From positions 1-64,000 of the forward strand of contig OZ223489.1 in the NCBI GenBank assembly GCA_965140785.1: a DNA stretch of 64,000 nt. Direction: 5' to 3'. Positions within the stretch are counted from its first letter, which is position 1. Each line of letters begins with the position of its first letter. Made by a program: the position numbers and the translations under genes. Under the pieces are notes generated by a model, which was given only the letters and a program-made list of their open reading frames with translations, did not search any database and was not told where the DNA came from. Below, in pieces: positions 59,867 through 64,000 of this stretch. This DNA is from an uncultured Ruficoccus sp. GTDB lineage: Bacteria > Verrucomicrobiota > Verrucomicrobiia > Opitutales > Cerasicoccaceae.

Positions 59867-59963
59867 GGGATTAGGGTGGCGGTGAAAATCTTTTTGGAAC
59901 AAGCAGGCTCGAACGCGGCCTGAATTTATCAAACTCGTCTGGATTCATGCCGGAAACCCTCCC

Positions 59964-61220
59964 ATGCGCAAGCTCGCACGCACCCTCACCGCCTTTCTGT
60001 CCGTCTTTCTGCTCAGCCAAGCCCTGCTCCTGCGGGCCGAACAAATGACCAGTCTCGGCCAAAGCCCCGTGTGGAGCGAGCTGGACAAGTACCAGCGCAC
60101 ACTCACGCGGAAGGAGTTTTTAGACCGGCTCGACACGCTCTACGCCCCCGGCGGCGCCTGGCGCGAGACCATCGTCATCACCGATGAGGTCGCGCTCATC
60201 CGCACGGGCGATGGTACCCGGGCCTACCGGCTGGCCTTCGCCGCGAGTCCCGAAACCGCCGCCCCTGTCCCCCGACTCTGGCGCGCGCCGGAGGAGTTGT
60301 TGTCCGCCGCACCGGCGGACCAGCCGCTGACCGGCTGGAGAATCGCGCTCGACCCCGGCCACCTCGGCGGGAAATACGGCCCCATGGAAGGGCGCAGCTG
60401 GCGCATCGGCGAAGGACCGGTTATCCAGGAGGGCGACCTCGTGCTGGCCGTGGCCGAAGTTTTACGGGACAAACTCGAAAGCCTCGGGGCGGTCGTCAGT
60501 CTTGTGCGCAAGGGGCCGGGACCCGTTACCACCGAGACGCCGGAGTCCCTGCGTCCACAGGCCGAGGCGTGGTATGCCGACCTTCACCCGGATGGTCCGC
60601 CACCGGAGGAAGCAGACATCCAGAAGTTGAGCGACCTGCTTTTTTACCGGGTGAGCGAGATTCGCGCCCGCGCCGAGCGTGTCAATGAAGCCATCCGGCC
60701 CGACCTGGTCCTCTGCCTGCACCTGAACGCCGAGGATTTTCCCGACCCCGAGCACCCCACCCTGCTGGAGCCCAACCACATGCACGCGCTGGTCAACGGC
60801 GCCTACAGCGCAGAGGAACTGGCCTACGACGACATCCGACAGCAGATGCTGGTCAAGCTGCTCAATGGCTCCGGCCCGGTCGAGACCGAGGTGGCAGTCG
60901 CCGTCACCGCCTCCCTGGCCGATGCTACCGGGATGCCGCCCTTCACGTATACCGGCTCGAATGCCGTGGCCGTGCCCGGCCAGCCCTATGTGTGGGGACG
61001 CAACCTGCTGGCCAACCGCCTCTACGCCTGCCCGGTCGTCTTTCTGGAGCCCTACGTGGCCAACAGCCGGGCGGTTTACCCGCGGCTCCAGGCCGAGGTG
61101 GAGGCCGGCCAACCGCTGCCCGACGGCCTGATCGAGGAATACGCCGAGGCCGTCACCCAAGGGCTGCTGGCCCTGCGCACCACCATCACCGAGTCGGACG
61201 AAAAAGGCACGGAGCATTGA
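59964..61220 (+). CDS. N-acetylmuramoyl-L-alanine amidase (Amidase_3)
   Basis: Signal peptide; DPGH, EGD, LHLNA, FLEP (Zn ligands and catalytic Glu). Confidence 0.8.
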   Translation: MRKLARTLTAFLSVFLLSQALLLRAEQMTSLGQSPVWSELDKYQRTLTRKEFLDRLDTLYAPGGAWRETIVITDEVALIRTGDGTRAYRLAFAASPETAAPVPRLWRAPEELLSAAPADQPLTGWRIALDPGHLGGKYGPMEGRSWRIGEGPVIQEGDLVLAVAEVLRDKLESLGAVVSLVRKGPGPVTTETPESLRPQAEAWYADLHPDGPPPEEADIQKLSDLLFYRVSEIRARAERVNEAIRPDLVLCLHLNAEDFPDPEHPTLLEPNHMHALVNGAYSAEELAYDDIRQQMLVKLLNGSGPVETEVAVAVTASLADATGMPPFTYTGSNAVAVPGQPYVWGRNLLANRLYACPVVFLEPYVANSRAVYPRLQAEVEAGQPLPDGLIEEYAEAVTQGLLALRTTITESDEKGTEH

Positions 61221-61317
61221 CGGAGCACGGTTCCGTCCGCCTTTTCGCCGCTTTTTCGACGCTTTTTGCGTCCGGTATTCGGTGCACAGAGCAGTTTTTT
61301 TAAAGAAAATGCAAAAT

Positions 61318-61348
61318 CGTAACGCGCCCGTAACATTCGCCTGATAAT
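61318..61348 (+). promoter_or_regulatory. Pho-box-like 11-bp-period direct repeat upstream of pstS
   Basis: CGTAAC at 61318 and 61329, followed by GATAAT at 61343-61348. Confidence 0.5.
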
Positions 61349-61378
61349 ATACTGCGTTTTTAGCCGATAGTCTTTGCC

Positions 61379-62257
61379 ATGAAACACCTCCGTCACCGCA
61401 TCCGCCTGAAAGCGCCGGGCCTGATCCTGCTCGCGTGCGGGTGGCTGGCCGCGTCGGCGGGCGCCTCGGACAAGATTGTGGTCAAGGGCTCGGACACCCT
61501 CGGAGCCAAGCTCATGCCGCGGCTCAAGGAGGAGTTTATCGCCATGAAAAAGGCCAAGGGCGAGACGGTGACCTTTGAAATCTCGGCCGAAGGCTCGCGC
61601 ACCGGCATCGCGGCCATCATCGACGGCAAGGCCGACCTGGCCATGTCCAGCCGCGAGCTTCAGAGCACGGAGCTGACCGAGGCCCGCTACAAGGGCGTCA
61701 ACCTCAAGGCCATCCCGGTCGGGGTGGACGGCATCGCCGTCATTGTCAACGAGGACAACCCGGTCAACAAGCTCGGCCTGCGCGAGGTGGAAATGATCTT
61801 CACCGGGGACATCGACGACTGGAGCGCGATCAGCCCGGTCCGCGGAAAGATCTCCACCTACACGCGCAATACCTCCTCGGGCACCTACAGCCTTTTTCAG
61901 AATCTGGCCCTGCATCAGCGCAACTACTCGCCCTTCGCCCAGAAGCTGGCCGGCAACGAACAGATCGCCTCCGAGGTGGCGAGCAACCCGCACGCGATCG
62001 GCTATGTCGGGCTGGCCTACACGCACACCCCCGGCGTCAAGGTCCTGCCCATCGACGGGAAAAAGCCCTCCAACGAGGGCTACCCGCTGGCCCGCCCCCT
62101 GTATTTTTATGTCAACGTGAACGAGGAGCACCCGCCCGCCGTGCAGGAGTTTATCGACTTTATCCTGAGCCCGGAGGGCCAGGCCGTGGTGGAGAGCGTG
62201 GACTTCCTGCCCGCCTCGCGCCTGAAGGAGATTTATCCCGAACTGGCGGCCGACTGA
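61379..62257 (+). CDS. pstS: phosphate ABC transporter substrate-binding protein
   Basis: KGSDT, GS.TGI, SSR, R...SGT, IGY, YPLARPLY. Confidence 0.92.
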   Translation: MKHLRHRIRLKAPGLILLACGWLAASAGASDKIVVKGSDTLGAKLMPRLKEEFIAMKKAKGETVTFEISAEGSRTGIAAIIDGKADLAMSSRELQSTELTEARYKGVNLKAIPVGVDGIAVIVNEDNPVNKLGLREVEMIFTGDIDDWSAISPVRGKISTYTRNTSSGTYSLFQNLALHQRNYSPFAQKLAGNEQIASEVASNPHAIGYVGLAYTHTPGVKVLPIDGKKPSNEGYPLARPLYFYVNVNEEHPPAVQEFIDFILSPEGQAVVESVDFLPASRLKEIYPELAAD

Positions 62258-62421
62258 GCCGCCCTGCCTGCCCCCGTGAGCACGCCCGATGTCAACGGTC
62301 CGGACACATTCCGGGATTGCGATTGGCGGCGGTTTGCCCAAAAGCTTGGATCGACTACCCGCGCCGGGCGGCCTGACCGCCGGGGCGCTGATTCCCGCCG
62401 CACTCCGGTAAAACGCCTGCC

Positions 62422-63990
62422 ATGACCGGCTCCTCCTCCCAGCCACCGCTCAATCTGCGCCGCCGGCGCGACGCCCGTTTATTCGGCGTCGGACGCCAGG
62501 GTCTGCTGAAGGCGTTTTTCGGGGGCAACGCCATCGTCGCGGTGATCGTGCTGCTGTTGATCACGTTTTTCCTCTTCCGGGAGGGGTTGAGCTTTTTCCC
62601 GCAGTACCGGCAGGATATGGAGCTGTACCGCCGCAGCGGCATGGAGTACGCCTCTCTGGTCAAGCAGGAGCACGACCGCTTCAACGAGCTGCTCGGCCAG
62701 CTCGTCGATATCCGCAAGAAGCAGATCCGCCTGCTCGAGTCCGAGGGAAAGAGCCGGGACGAAATCGCCGCGCTGACCGCACCCATGCAGGCGTATTTCT
62801 ACACCTTCAGCGACCTGATTATCCCGCTGCGCGACTACCGGATCACCGTGCGCAACCTGGCGGCGGAGACTTACAAGCAGGCCCAGATCGCCGCAAGCCA
62901 ACAGCGGCTCGGTCACGGTCAAGATGCCGACCTGCAGGCGCACGCCATCGACTACGCCGGCACCATCGCCGAGATCAAGGCCACTTTCCCGCAGTTCACC
63001 GCGCTCAACAACCAGCTCGAGTCGGATATGCTCCAGGTCCTGCGCCGCTTCCCGCCGCAGGAGGAGCCCGCGCTCAAGGCCATGGCCGAGCGCTTCCGCA
63101 AGGACGCCATCGCCTTCACCGCCGGACTGCCGCGCTACGGGGCCACGCTGGCCGAGTGGGAGCCGGAGCGCCACGTGGGCCTGCTGGAGGCCATCAAGAG
63201 CTTTCTTTTCGGCCGCCACTGGATCGTCAACAACAACGGGCACAGCCTCTTCGGACTGTTGCCACTGTTGACCGGTTCGTTGCTGGTGACGGGCATAGCC
63301 ATCCTGCTGGCCATTCCCTTCGGCGTAGGCGCGGCCATCTACACCAACCAACTGGCCCGGCGCGGCGAGTCGAGCCTGATCAAGCCGTGCATCGAGTTCA
63401 TCACCGCCATTCCCTCGGTCGTGATCGGCTTTTTCGGGATCGCGGTCTTCGGCACGCTGGTGCGCGAGCTTTCCCAGGTCGCCTGGCTGGAGTGGCTGCC
63501 GGGCTTCCCCATCGCCGAGCGCCTGAACGCCTTCACCGCCGGGTGCCTGCTCGCGCTGATGGCCATCCCGACGATTTTCACCCTCTCCGAGGACGCCATC
63601 TCCCGCGTGCCCCGCGTCTATGCCGAGTCGTCGCTCGCGCTCGGGGCCACGCGCTTCCAGACCACGATGCGGATCATCGTCCCGACCGCGGTCAGCGGCA
63701 TCGTCTCGGCGGTGCTCCTGGGCATCGGGCGCGTCATCGGCGAGACGATGGTGGTGCTGCTGTGCGCGGGCAACCGCATCCGCATCCCGGACTTCACTGA
63801 GGGGCCGGGCGTGGTCTTCCAACCCGTGCACACCATGACCGGCATCATCGCCCAGGAGATGGGCGAAGTCGCCCAGGGCGGCATCCACTACCGGGCGCTG
63901 TTCTGCGTGGGCGTCGTGCTGTTTTTACTCACCCTGCTGATCAACTTCGCCGCGCAGCGGATCTTCCGCCACACCCGCGTGGGCGAATAA
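62422..63990 (+). CDS. pstC: phosphate ABC transporter permease PstC with a large periplasmic insertion
   Basis: IPSVVIG, PTIFTLSEDA, SLALGAT, GRVIGETM, HYRALF. Confidence 0.92.
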   Translation: MTGSSSQPPLNLRRRRDARLFGVGRQGLLKAFFGGNAIVAVIVLLLITFFLFREGLSFFPQYRQDMELYRRSGMEYASLVKQEHDRFNELLGQLVDIRKKQIRLLESEGKSRDEIAALTAPMQAYFYTFSDLIIPLRDYRITVRNLAAETYKQAQIAASQQRLGHGQDADLQAHAIDYAGTIAEIKATFPQFTALNNQLESDMLQVLRRFPPQEEPALKAMAERFRKDAIAFTAGLPRYGATLAEWEPERHVGLLEAIKSFLFGRHWIVNNNGHSLFGLLPLLTGSLLVTGIAILLAIPFGVGAAIYTNQLARRGESSLIKPCIEFITAIPSVVIGFFGIAVFGTLVRELSQVAWLEWLPGFPIAERLNAFTAGCLLALMAIPTIFTLSEDAISRVPRVYAESSLALGATRFQTTMRIIVPTAVSGIVSAVLLGIGRVIGETMVVLLCAGNRIRIPDFTEGPGVVFQPVHTMTGIIAQEMGEVAQGGIHYRALFCVGVVLFLLTLLINFAAQRIFRHTRVGE

Positions 63991-64000
63991 TCTTTTACCG

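Overview
This is a high-GC bacterial chromosome segment, most likely Verrucomicrobiota (Opitutia/Puniceicoccales-like). That assignment is inferred from the IPEP-type PEP-CTERM protein, the short N-methyl pilin style and the gene content. From left to right it carries: a hexuronate catabolic cluster (kdgK-like kinase, Ldh_2 and D-2-hydroxyacid dehydrogenases, LacI regulator, UxaE epimerase) with a duplicated 17-bp operator; a beta-helix protein; radC; lpxK; an adenylate-kinase-like protein; an M29 aminopeptidase; a frameshift-rich stretch (adenosine deaminase, RluD, alpha/beta hydrolase); YebB and Aas; a sugar isomerase and Gfo/Idh/MocA pair; an ElaB/YqjD-YqjE-YqjK-like operon behind a perfect sigma70 promoter and structured leader; xseA; a glycosylation cluster with three GT-C-like enzymes ending in a type IV pilin; PIN/TRAM; tyrA-aroA-cmk-plsC; STAS and SulP; prmC; a split ECF sigma/anti-sigma locus with a Cys-tailed protein; SDR; PEP-CTERM; thiD; comEC; rpmJ-rpmE2; a SMUG1-type UDG; an amidase; and pstS-pstC. 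No rRNA, tRNA, CRISPR array or intact transposase was seen. Intergenic DNA holds at least three families of short repeats: modular GTAG REPs, heptamer-ladder inverted repeats, and CTAGAGC-ended MITE-like ends. All family assignments come from motif recognition, not database searches.
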